Below, piece after piece: positions 12,901 through 25,127 of a DNA stretch of 42,749 nucleotides. The number at the start of each line of letters is the position of its first letter. Position 1 is the first letter of the stretch. This DNA is from Catajapyx aquilonaris. Taxonomy: Eukaryota. The notes below the pieces were generated by a model, which ran no database searches, was not told where the DNA came from, and worked only from the letters and a program-made list of their open reading frames with translations. The DNA lies in the NCBI GenBank assembly GCA_000934665.2, contig JYFJ02003375.1, forward strand, positions 1 through 42,749, written 5' to 3'. The position numbers and the translations under genes were made by a program.

Positions 12901-15267
12901 AATTTTATTCACGCCCCCCTCTCCCCATCCCATCCATTGTTGCACTTGCACAGTAAACTTCAGTAGGGCCTATACTCCCCTCCTCCTTTTGTAATAATAC
13001 CCAGATTTAATATGCCTTCGTAATTATAATTTTATTGATCATTCTTGCTTCGACAAACTAATCTGCATCTTTCGCAGATTCCGAAGTACATGTTTTGGCA
13101 CCGAAACCGTGACACGATGATGAGGGTCCCAATTGGATTGGTTCTTTTGGTGTCTGCCGGATGCCACCCTCTTCATCTGGCATTGTTGCCGTTAGCAGCA
13201 GCCATCGCAGCTGGCAACTGCGCATTCGTCCATCCCTCTGGAATAGCACCAAACACCACCAAGATGATAGCCGACATGCTGCCCAGATACCTGGACCAGG
13301 TGAGCTTTTCTGCGTCGTCGTGTTGCACCCTTCATGTAGGCCTATATATACCTTTGGTGTTGTGCAAGTTGTATTCAAAACGTTTTTTTAAATTCTTGCA
13401 ATGAAGCAACAATAACCCTCAAGTGCGTGTTTGCATGATGCATTTGGTTAATTAGCCCACGATCAGGGGAAAAACCTTTACGTTTCTCGTACACGATTCA
13501 ATTCTTGGGGTAGTTATTTTGTGATGAATGGATAATTATTATTGTTTCCAGGAGGCATATCGAGTCATACCAGGAGGAAGTGACGTGCTGACCGACCTGT
13601 TGCAACTTCCGTTTGATCACATCATGTACCAGGGACCAAGGATGACTGGTCGAGAAGTTTGTGATGCTGCTGCTCAACAAATGATTCCAACCACTCTCAT
13701 CATGCACTCAAAGAAGTATTCTCTTGTTGACCCCAACGTTGTTGTAATAATTATTGTTCATTGTTGTAAGCGTCACCTCACTCACATGTACAAATTAGCC
13801 CAGTATACATTGACTCAACGGTGGACGTCAACGTGGCAACTCGGCGACTTCTGTGGTCCAAATGCGCTGATCTGGGCCAATCCTGCCTCTCCCCGGACTA
13901 CCTGGTCTGCGATTCTTCCGTTCAGACGGACGTGATCCGTTGCGCACCGGACATCCTGAAAGAGTGGTTCGGACAAAACTGGCGAGAGTCCCCCGACATG
14001 GGACGAATCAGAAGTGACGAACACTTCACGTACGTTGCAATGATCTTCAAAGTGCTTCCCATATACTGGGAGCAGGTATATACACAGGGTGGATCAGAAG
14101 TCGGTACCTATTTTTATTTCCGAATAACTTTCCAACGAGTATACACCTACGGAAGTGAAATACACACCAATGAGTAAACTGTAGATTCTTTCTGGTTTCT
14201 TTTATCTGGTACCTGCAGAATAATTATCTATTGTTGACATACAGTATAGTTGCGTTTCTGAGTTAGCAATGCTTGGCTCAGAAGCCAAAATTGGACCGGG
14301 TGTATATAGACTAGTTTCGTTTACATTATTATATGGAGCCATAATTATTATGTAAATGAGCCCACATTCTTGACGGCAGTGAAGTGACTCTTGCAGGCGC
14401 CTGAAGAGTCTCCTCGAGCGCACCAAGGGTCAGGTGGTGGTCGGAGGTGACCTGGACGCCTCTGACAGGTGGGTGTCACCCACCATTGTTGCCAACGTGC
14501 CTGAAGACGACCCTCTGATGACCGAGGGTCCCATCATGGGGCCAGTGCTACCCATAGTGATCTGCCACAGCCACTTGGACGCCTCTAGTATCACCAAAAA
14601 TTGGTATGAAATTAACATAATCTGGGCAAATTAACCCGCATGGGGAAGTATTTAAAATGTTAGAAGTCAACAACTAGCACTACTATAGAATCCTTGCCCT
14701 GTAGTTGTGGATTCGCCATAGGTTGTATTAAATGCCGCTGGACAGATTCTACACAGTCTTTGTTGTTTCAGCGATCCGACTCCCTTGGTTGGATACCTGT
14801 TCACGACATCTAGGATGAAGCAAGTACAGTGCATGTACAACTCCAACAGCGGCATACAAAGCATGAACGACTGCATGGCCCATGTACTCAGTGAGTTATT
14901 TTACTTTCGTATACAGTATACGAAGGTTGCTGGCATCAGGCTTCTAATATTTCATGCTATTCCAGGAGAGGACATACATCTGACTGCCAACGGTTTGAAC
15001 GGATGGGGCACCATCGGAGGCAAGCACACCTTCGAGGCCCTGTCTCGCAAGAAAGGCGTCATCTCCAATCCGATAGATGCAAAGAGCGAGACTCGACGCA
15101 GCCACCGATACCCGCCATACTTCGACAGGAATCAGGACTGGGAGGCCATCTTGGACCACCACAGCATCAGGCATCATCCATCTCATCTGCTGCAGAGTGT
15201 TTGGGGAGCTGGAGTTGCTCTGGTAGCAGCAGCAGTCCTGATCGTTGGAATATCCATTGCTGTCTGA
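9947..15267 (+). CDS. ALDH3/fatty aldehyde dehydrogenase-like protein, copy 2 (499 aa, degenerate active site, C-terminal membrane anchor)
   Basis: Exons 9947-9964, 11901-12044, 12661-12753, 13078-13299, 13552-13715, 13799-14029, 14397-14603, 14772-14890, 14966-15267. Exon sizes and phases are identical to copy 1 and the frame is open. Confidence 0.9.
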
Positions 15268-15612
15268 GATGCTGAGCCAAGAGATAGGGAGGTGTCAGAA
15301 ATATTATATTCAAGGTTAACATACTACGCTGAATTGGAGAAATGCAATCATTTTGTGGTGAGGTCACAAATCCTGCCACCAACTATACCCCTATAGCTTT
15401 TATTCTTCCTCTCCTTCTCTGTATTGGTTACAATTGAAAATAGATCTACATTCGCTGCAGATTGACATCTTGTAGTTTATTCGCATTATATGGTCCAACT
15501 TACTGCACATACCTCATTACGGTATTAGCTTAAAAATATTCATGTAGGCCCTATATAAGTACAAGTAACACGCACCAACATTTTCATATTATTAACATGT
15601 ATTGCAATCATT

Positions 15613-15953
15613 GTAGGGAGACGGAGTGGCGCCGCGGTAACGCGTGTGCCCACGGAAGTTAAGGTCCCGGGTTCAATCCCCACCCGGGGTTCCCACCTTC
15701 TTTCGTGCAGAGTTGGGCCATCTCTGGCTTCGTTTCGGGTGGCAATTTCCGATAGACTAAGCCACCCGGGGGAGTTCACAAAATGACCAATTAACGACAG
15801 CGCACATGCACTTTGCACATCCCCTCCTAACTACCTTGGAGTATACTAATAAGATTATTCTTAACTCGCTCAAAAAAAACAAATACCAATAATGGTAATC
15901 CACCACCCCCTATAGACCTAAAAAAGGTCATCACGGGGTAAGTAAAAAAAAAA
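15613..15953 (+). mobile_element. tRNA-derived SINE with A-tail and 12-bp target-site duplication
   Basis: Pol III A-box-like tggcgccgcgg (~15628), B box ggttcaatccc (~15670), terminal poly-A. TSD attgcaatcatt at 15601-15612 and 15954-15965. Confidence 0.88.
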
Positions 15954-16708
15954 ATTGCAATCATTTAGGTCCCAGAAGCTGTTGATGCAGTTTTGTATTT
16001 CACTGTTTCAAATTAATGGCTCTTTAACAAATGTTCTGGTGATAAAACACATATACAAGTTATTCTAATAATTTTCCGCAAAAACCAATGGAAATATGAT
16101 GGTTCTGTACACATATTGTTGGCTACTACCAAACACAAACATATCTCAACTGATGAATAATAATGATGCCCCATTTTCTAAGCCTTTTCAGCACCATATC
16201 CTGGCATTTTCTATGGTCATGACACCTTAACATAAACCAGTCCAACAAGATAACCAACAATTGCGACACATGCAGTAGCCTATACTATTGTAGGTCGGTG
16301 AGTAATTAAACATGTCTTTAGCATGAAACATTTTATTATCACCAAGGAAGGTGATGCCAGTACAAAAACAAGACAATTGCTCAATGAGAAAGTAACAGCT
16401 ATTATGCATTCATAATATGGGCAACTTGAAGATGGTGGTGGTTAGCTCATTTTCACTGAATGATGCCAATGATCAAGACACGAACCTTTTCCAACAACTC
16501 CTCCCAACCACCACAACATATATAGGGTCGGAAATATTTCCTTTCATCTCAATTTTGTTTGGAATGGCTCACTTGCCAATTTGTATACCACTCTTTCCTT
16601 TTTCCGTTCTGTCCGCGAATACATAAACGCTCTTGTTCACAACCAGAGTTACAAAGATAATACTCTTCAAGATGGGTACAGTGACGGTATATCACAGATG
16701 ATTCGGCT

Positions 16709-19700
16709 CTATTCCTGGTTGGGGAACTGGAAGGTATCTTTCAGGAACTCATATCCGGCGTACTCCTTCAGGTCGATGCGACGCGACACGTTACGGGCTG
16801 CGTCCTGAGCGAAGTCTATGATCCGTCGCACGAGTGTCGGCTTCACAGTGTCGATCAGGCCTCGGGCGTTCTGGTTCAGGAAAGTCTCCGCGCCTTGCTC
16901 TGAAAATAAACGTTATAGGCATTACACACAACAAAAGGTATATTGGCAGTTCTCAAGTAAAAGGATGACGTACGAAGCACAGCGTTGTCAGGGAAGAGAT
17001 TGTTGAGCCTGATTGATATCTTTTCGTAGTCAAAGTCAGCGTCGGTGTCCACTGGCAGCACCCTGTACACTCCATCGGTGTCCTTGTCCACTGTGAACTC
17101 GCTCACACCCTTCACCAGAATATTCTCTGCAACAACATTGCACATTTATTATCTTTCTTTTTCTTCTCCTTTCATATCGAGAGCATATACCCAGTCGACC
17201 CCAGAAGGTTCCGTCTCCGTTGAGAGGCACGATGGCAAACATTGCGTCCATCTTGTACCTTCCTGACAGGAAGTACTCTGGTATAGTGGCTTCGTAAATA
17301 GCCTTGTGAGACGGATAGTCCACCCTGGAAATAAATAAGGCAAGAATCTATACATTTCCGTTGGCCATCTACGACGTCGGTTGGGGTCAAATGTGACGCG
17401 TACTTGAGCTTGGTGACCTGCAGGTCCTGGAGTCCCTTGACCCTCAGGTCGTAGAACCTGGCTCGGAGGTAGCTGTTCTCGTGGTCGTACTGGTCAATGT
17501 CGAACCGGTCAATCACCACGTTGCCCACAGGAGGGATTTCGAAATCCGGAATACCTTGTAGGAATCAAAATTAATAGTAACTAAATGTTTGCAAGTACGC
17601 AGCGTTCAATCAATTATTGCTAATTAATCCGCCGTCTAATTTTGTACAAGTTATCAGAATCCATTATTACCATTTTTATCAATTCGATCACAATATATTT
17701 TCCAAGGGGGTAATCACTCGACTGAAAAGTGTACACTGGAGGTACCAAATTAAAGGCGTACCACGGAGTAATAAAGAGTGAGGTGCCTGAGGAGTACCAG
17801 GGAGTACCACTCCCAGGTGTACACCGGAGTACCGAAGTGATTACCCCCTTGCAATTTTCAGTTCATCTGTCAATGTTTGTTCATTTTTTTGTCGGTAATG
17901 AAAACAGTCGATCCGGTTCTAGAGTCGATCTGGATCGAGTTGTAAGTATATGCAGTCCTACAGTGTAGATTAGTAATTACCATCTTCGTAATCAGGTTGC
18001 ACGTCCGAGATGAGTTTGAGCAAACACGGCTCCAGATCATCCCTGGTCGTCTTCTGACAACGCTTCACGATCTCATCTGAAATAGTAAAAGAATAAGTTG
18101 TTCAAAGCAAACATTGCATTAATTGAAATCCCAGAGAGTTACCTCAGAAATATATGCCGAATATTTTTCAATGATTAGTTAGTGAAAATGTTTAGAGTTA
18201 CTCAACGAAATGTTAACTTAAATTCACAACCAGCTATCGCCAATGTCAGCATATTCGGAATCCGTGATTTGGCGCAATAATTTTCTACTGCCTTTATTGT
18301 TGAGGTGGGTCGTGTCCAATATACAAATTAACAGCAATTTAAAATAACCTTGACCACGGCTGCGTCCTTTTACAATAATTTTGTGCTAATAATTATATGA
18401 CATGAAACGCCGCTCACATGTGTTGAGAAACTCAGTTAGCCTATTATATATATTTTTTCTGTCATTAGACATGCCGCCACACATTTTTAATGCGCGTTAC
18501 ATGCAATCTATAATTATATTCTGGACTTTACAGTCGTTACTTTTCGCAATTTCTTGAAACTTGTTCAACTTTTTATGGCTGTCATCATGACTCAAGTTGC
18601 CGGTTTTCAGGGGCAAATAACCATGAGGCTCATTGTCTATGGAAATTTTGTAGCGTCACAAACAGGTAAACAATTATTTTGAAAAACAACTCGAACAGGT
18701 TTTAATCACGTGAGAAAGCAATTACTAACTACCAAACAAAAACAAAAACAATGCTGATACTGAGAAAAATATCTCTTTTTATGGTATTCAGTTGTTACAA
18801 GTCCATACACAAAGTCATGACCTGCATAAACACATGCTGAAAGAGAACAGAAATGATGTCAGGCAGGTCAGTTTTTTACAAACATAAATTAATGGAGTTG
18901 CACAGACTCTTTTTAGAGTTTACAATGCTGCTCCTAAAATCCATTAGAGACTAGTTCATTACCTGAATAATACCTGCAAAAGGTACTAGAGAAGTGCTGG
19001 CCAAATGATTAGCTAATGAGATGCGCATAGCTAATGCGAATTATACGATTGCAAATTACTGTCACGCTTTCGATTAGGTCGTTACATGAAAAAATGTTTA
19101 AAAATTAGCAGCCAGAACTCCCATCAATAATTGCTGTAAATTAGCAGCAACATACATGGTTATTGCTGGTTGCTGAAGTGAGGCAACCAGCATATACTTG
19201 TAATAACCACCTTGAAAATTTGCACTCTCCTCTCACTTCTGCGTATTTTTACTTGCAGTAGTAGTTGCTGAATCACCCGGTATTCATGAAGCACAAGGGG
19301 GAAATGCAAAAAAAATTAGTAAAAGTAAACCCCCTCAATTGAATAAATGTTATGTAACTATTACAGTAGATGTTACTTCACATTACTCTCCAGTCGTGAT
19401 AATGAATTAGTGACCTTCAGTCCGTAATTAATCCACTCAAGCCTATATATGTATGTATTACTTAACCAATTCCGGCGCCTTACAAAACCCCTTGAGAACG
19501 GCTCTCAGCAAGAAGATAATCATATGTCTGCATGAACATGAGTAGAAATAGTTCTCATTGCCAATTAATTCATTCATTAATTGTACACTTGAACTACTCT
19601 TGTACCATCGTATGGCGTTCTTAAGCTAATTAGCTTTCATACCAAGTAGCACTTGCACAAAAGCAAATTATAAGGAGCAAATATCACATTAATTATTAGC

Positions 19701-20392
19701 TGAAGTATCGTGCCATTTGAAATCAGTGAACTATTTCTGAATCTGTAATAATTGTTAAATTAATTCACAATGAAGACCTTCGCTGAAATTAAATTACATT
19801 AAATAAAAATCAAAGTTACCGTGAGAGATTAAGATTCAAAGTAATTGTCTATATATGGCCGCAATAATTGTAGATAGATTAAAAGAATTGTCCAGTTACG
19901 TACAGGCGTTAATTTAATTTAATTTTAAATGAATTGATTGTAATAAACTCAAATAATAGTCGCTCTTCTGATCCTTGTAACGTTCAACAGGCTAATGCAT
20001 AATCTAATATTTTCTTCTATTTGAAATTAAATTATAAAGAGCAAATCGACAAAAAATCTTCAATTATATGTCACAATATGATTTTTTTTTTAAACTTCAA
20101 ATTTGTGAGACATAAATTGCTACCGGTTTCCCCGACCTTTCTTCTCATAACAATCGCAATTAAGCTCACGGTTGACCCTGAGAATCCGCGGAAGGTCCAC
20201 CAAACCGACACCGAATTTGACACTGACCACACTCTTGGTCCACATACACAACTTGGCCTCAATTAGTGTGGGTGGGTGGGTGGGCTGGAGAGGGTTTTCG
20301 ACCTTGTCGGGCAAGGTCACCGACTGACCTCTGGACATCCTGGCCTGGGCCACTACCGCCAGGCAGGCGAGCAGGACAATGCGAGGCTGCAT
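16709..20392 (-). CDS. Takeout/juvenile hormone-binding protein (JHBP) family secreted protein, gene A (262 aa)
   Basis: Exons 20392-20329 (signal peptide MQPRIVLLACLAVVAQA), 18076-17981, 17554-17404, 17324-17191, 17126-16974, 16899-16709; total 789 nt. N-terminal Cys pair (CQKTTRDDLEPC), GIPDFEIPP, G.Y...vPlnGdG, NLFPDNAVL..FLNQN motifs. Confidence 0.87.
17703..17851. mobile_element. Small MITE with CAAGGGGGTAATCACT TIRs and internal GGAGTACC repeats
   Basis: caagggggtaatcact / agtgattacccccttg termini; degenerate 8-bp flanks atattttc / caattttc; related copy at 41935-42040. Confidence 0.75.
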
Positions 20393-20477
20393 GGTGGAGA
20401 CTGATGCTGCTGGAGAGTGATGAAGATGTACCCTCGGTGGTGATGGACTGGACCCCTGGCCCTCGACGCCGCCTCTC

Positions 20478-20487
20478 TTTATATACA
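20478..20487 (-). promoter_or_regulatory. TATA box of JHBP gene A
   Basis: Minus strand reads gtatataaaga about 90 nt upstream of the ATG at 20392. Confidence 0.6.
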
Positions 20488-23400
20488 CACCCGTCGAACC
20501 CGGGACCTTCCTATTTGCACGCGCCAATCAGGGACAAGATAAAGGTCTCAAGAGTACAACCTTGCCAATTTTTTGTTCTTGCCGACCTCTCCTTTTTTTT
20601 CCCCTCCTTCCACCATTTGAGATGGACGCTCGCTGTAACATACCGGAGAGGGAAATTTTTCGCAAATCCACCTTGACACACAATGTTTTGACCGCGAATT
20701 ATTCAGCGTTGCCAAAACTCTGGTGTTTGATTCAGAACGTACACATTTTCATTAACTCGCGTCACACAATATAATAAAATACATTACAAAAACTGGTAAG
20801 TCAAGCAGGAGAGCAGAGCGTGGATTTTCCGCGGCGGGTATATGCGTCAGGTTCATGTTTACAACTGTCCTTGACCACTTCTTGCTGCCGTCATTGGCAC
20901 AGACATGCATTGCTAGGCTCAAGAATATGCCATAAACCTTTTTCTCTAACAAAAACATGATATATATTATGCACCATAATCTTCTCTAGCAAGTTCGTTA
21001 GACCACTTCCCTACCAATAGGAGCCACGAGATATTATCTGCATGCCCTTCAGGGCTGTGCAATATCAGGATATTAATATCGAAAATAAGTGTGGTTTAAA
21101 TGTGCATTGCAAATCTCAGAGTCCCATCTAATATTTCAAATGCCTTGCACATATTTTTATTTTAAAATAGGCTACATAAATCATATCAAATCTTGCTGCC
21201 ATATTAGATGATTGCATATAGGGCAGCCTTACTATTATCGCTGCTACCATACGTTTAATATTTATTGCTATCATGTTTTAATATATTACATTGCATTCTG
21301 CATTATTTGTTATTATTATTATTTGTCCTATCTAGCAATTTAAACAATGTTTGAATCAATTGTATAGGTGATTTCATGTATCATTTCCATGTTGCATAAT
21401 ATTTTCCATCTGCTCTTAAAGTACCTATACAATTTCTCCATGTTGGTTTCTGGGTTCTAATAAATATTATCTGAGTATTATAGAGCTAAGCAGGCGGAAT
21501 ATCCCCCTGAGTCACTCTGCGACAAGTTGTCCTTCAACGGATTCAATAATATTATAAACTGGATTTATATGACTACGTAGAAGCGAGCAGAATTGCAGAG
21601 AAAATGTTTTCATATGATTTTTTTCGCTCAGACCGCCAAACGTGATAACAATCTGGTGCGTATATTTTGCATGTATCCTTCCTAACATCCATCCTACATG
21701 CATCTCTGCCGAAATGAGAGCTACATTACATAACTACGAGTACGTACAAATTGTTGTAGATGATGAGTAGTGTATGAGAAAATGGAAAGATGATTACACG
21801 AAGGAAGTGTGTGCGTACAAGGAAATGCACTTTACTTCAGTATGAATTATGGCGATGTAAACAACGCAAGTCACAGTCACATCACAGCAGAGTGTCTTGT
21901 ACTGGAAATGCCATCAAATTTTTTTAACAGCGTGTTATGCAACTGCTGCTTGCTCATTGCAGTCACAAAAGTACTTCTAGGCAATTAACATGCAGCTGTT
22001 CCAGGTAAAAATAAAAGTTGTTTTTCAAACATTAATTATTGGAAATTCCGTGGATTTGAGGTCAATTAAAATTAATGGATTCAGTTATTGACAATGCCAC
22101 AGTGGAGTGTTTTATGGAGTAATTTCATACTAGCAGAAAAATATTTCTGAGAATTACATCAAGAAAGGCCTTTTCGAGAATTCAGACACCAGAAAAAATA
22201 TTGAATATTGAATTTAGAGTATCGCACTTTTCCTGGTGTCGTCCAAACTTTAAGCATAATCATCGTCAACATCACTATATCACAACTACCTAACATTTAA
22301 TTTTTGAGAAGTGAATTGTACAGTCGGTAGTGGAATATGCATAGAGCAAGTTAAATATTCACAACATGCATAACTTTATTACGTGATTATAATATACTGG
22401 ATGCTCTTTAGGTGGGGACAATATTTTTATTATTGTTTTGTACAGTAGTTCTTTCTGGAAAGTGTCCTTGATGGAAAAACATTTCATCCACTACAGAGCA
22501 GGGAAAATATATATGTTATGAGAAAATATATAGGATTATATATATAATCCTATATTTTCTCCTAACTTATATATTTACAACATTACAATATTTCGTAGGT
22601 AAAATGTCTACATTTTACGTACAAAATCTCGTAACTTTCCTCTACAAACAAGTGAAAACGAGCATTTTTCCTAAATTTTGAAACACGTGCAAAGGTTATT
22701 ATGCTGCAGGGAGAGTCACTGCAATATTACCCAGAAATTATTTCCAGGTGTCATAAAAAAACACTTAATGATAATGGGAACCTGTCAAATCATTTACCCG
22801 GAAAGGTCCTCATAAATTCAAGGGGATGTATTGTCCAGAAGTAAATAGAAAATCGTAAAAAAATATTCTTCGATGATATGCAAAAAAAAGGCAAGGAGGT
22901 ACTGGATTTTTTGCAATAAATGTGAATGTAGAAAAGTGCTGGAGCGCAATAGCACTTTTTCGAATATAAGATGAAACATATGCAGTCATAAGATCCTGGC
23001 AGAAAGTGCTGGTGGACGAAGAATTAATGAAACTGTGACGTAATATTTATTACCACTCTTAATTATTACAGACAGAGGCGACGAATACCCTTGATAGTGC
23101 GACTGTTTTCACACGTTAATTATTAGCGACAACTGGGAACATCACGGAAAATCGTGCCACAGCAAACTCGTCCCTGAAACATCACCAGGATTTCCCCCCG
23201 GAAAAGTTCTATAATTAGAATCTAGTTATCCGGCTATAAGTCGTGTTTATATGAGTGCAGAGCCCTGAACTAATCCAGTATAATTACTTTTTCTTGATAG
23301 ATTGCCCAATTTCTTGAGTTTATACGAACACTATAGATCACGATACTTACATGAGTACATGAACTCCGATGGCAGCAAAACACACCGTATAATCCAAACC

Positions 23401-24015
23401 AAAGGAGTAGTTTACAAGAGAGAAAACCGGATGTCACTATATAGCTGCCTATAAAAGTTTATTATTGAGTTATATATACTTCCACCCTATTATAATTACA
23501 TATATGTGTTGCCACAGTCATACCAAAACGCGGGGTGAGTATAATTATAATAACCTATACAAGGTTGTATTACCTGCAATGAAAATCCTACATAGTTACA
23601 AAATTGTAATATGCTCACACCGCGAAAAGTAAAATTATACCGTCTGAGCGTATTTTTTTGGAAAAATAATGTTCCACAAAATTCAACACAATCATATTAT
23701 GATGGCGTGTATCTTCATCTACATAAACATCATGGTGATCTAAACATTTTTACAGCCATGGTGGCTGATTTTGTGAGCTTCCGTTGTGCACTCTCGTCGC
23801 CAATTCAATTTCTTCGCCTCATGGACTCTCCCTGTATTTTAGGCCTCCGTATACATTATACAGTGTTTCCCGAAAGTTTAGGACGTACCACCCCCATCCA
23901 GAGGTTTTTAAATTTATTTTTCAAGCTTAAAGTTACAGAACAAATTGAAAGTGTGAGGCACCGTTGAAAGCGCCATGGAAAATGATGCAACTAAAGAAAA
24001 AGGATTGGTCATTCT

Positions 24016-24018
<3 letters not shown>

Positions 24019-24090
<72 letters not shown>
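24019..24090. repeat. (TA)36 microsatellite
   Basis: Uninterrupted TA run followed by poly-T. Confidence 0.97.
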
Positions 24091-24099
<9 letters not shown>

Positions 24100-25127
24100 T
24101 GCGAAACCCTACATTTTCAACTAACTGTAAGTTACGTACCGGTATGTTAATTAATAAAGGTGACTATCACAAATTGATATTTTCTCTGTGGAAAGAGTGT
24201 GATGGGAAAACTATAAAAATGACTACTTGAATTATAAGAATTTTTGCAATTTCCGGCACTTCTTATATTCACTCTACAAATATTATGATTGACATATCAT
24301 CAATAGCACCTTTCTTGAGAACCTGGGCTGTTACAGAGTTGGGGTTTGGACCTGCTGCTTTGAGAAGTCGTTCTCATTGTTTCTACATTGCGTACTTTTA
24401 AGTTGATGCTAAAGACCATAAACTATACCTGTATAGCCCCTAAGAGCACCACGCTCGTGACTGTCACATTTCAAGGGTCTTTCTGAAGCAACAATTATTG
24501 GGTTAAGAAGTGTAAGAACAACGACAAGTGGGAGATCATTAGTCTGTTGAAAACACAGAGCAGTCAATGGGAGATTACCAGAGTTGTAAGCATTTCGCTA
24601 ATTTCAAAGATGTGTGTTGCGAACACTGCCCCGAAGTGTTCGACATAATACTAACTTGTAGTCTTACAAGATGAGGTTCTCTCTTCATCCCTGCAAAGTC
24701 TACAAACTATGTAAGAGTTAAATCAAGTTGTTAAACGACTATAAACTATATGCGTCACCATGCAGGTAAGGTGAAATAACTAGCGATGGTCAATATCAGC
24801 TGTTTCTCAGCATCTGCTCATTATTTATTTCACACATGCATATGGCATCGACGAGTTGACTTCGGCTAAAATACTGCCTGTGCATTTTTATGAAGTGACA
24901 GTTCGCATCACCTGCACTTATGAATAATAGTAGCCTACTATTGAGATGGGTATTATTCAAACAAAACCCATTCAATAGCAGTTATTTCAACCACGCAATC
25001 TCAGGCAGCAGTATCTCTTTTTTAATGGAAGGGGTGTTATTAATAACAGCTATTTTCAATCAAAGTCATTGATGTTAAACAGAAAAATAATATCTTAAAT
25101 CACGGTCGTTTATAAGTGAGGTAACAA

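Noticed and set aside
3948..15267. ALDH copies as pseudogenes
   Set aside because: Both have nine intact exons, canonical splice sites and no stops, and exons 2-3 differ mostly at silent sites.
9700..15270. ALDH copy 2 as an uncollapsed haplotype or assembly duplicate
   Set aside because: Introns 1-3, 7, 8 and exons 1-3, 8 are too diverged and carry copy-specific insertions.
15613..15690. Functional tRNA gene
   Set aside because: Has A/B boxes but no convincing cloverleaf, and continues into a 340-bp body with A-tail and TSD, so it is a SINE head.
23860..24300. Mariner-like element around the (TA)n tract
   Set aside because: One tacagtgtttccc terminus is suggestive, but I found no matching opposite TIR.
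20960..25000. Additional JHBP exons between body B and gene A
   Set aside because: No paralogous exon motifs were seen on either strand.
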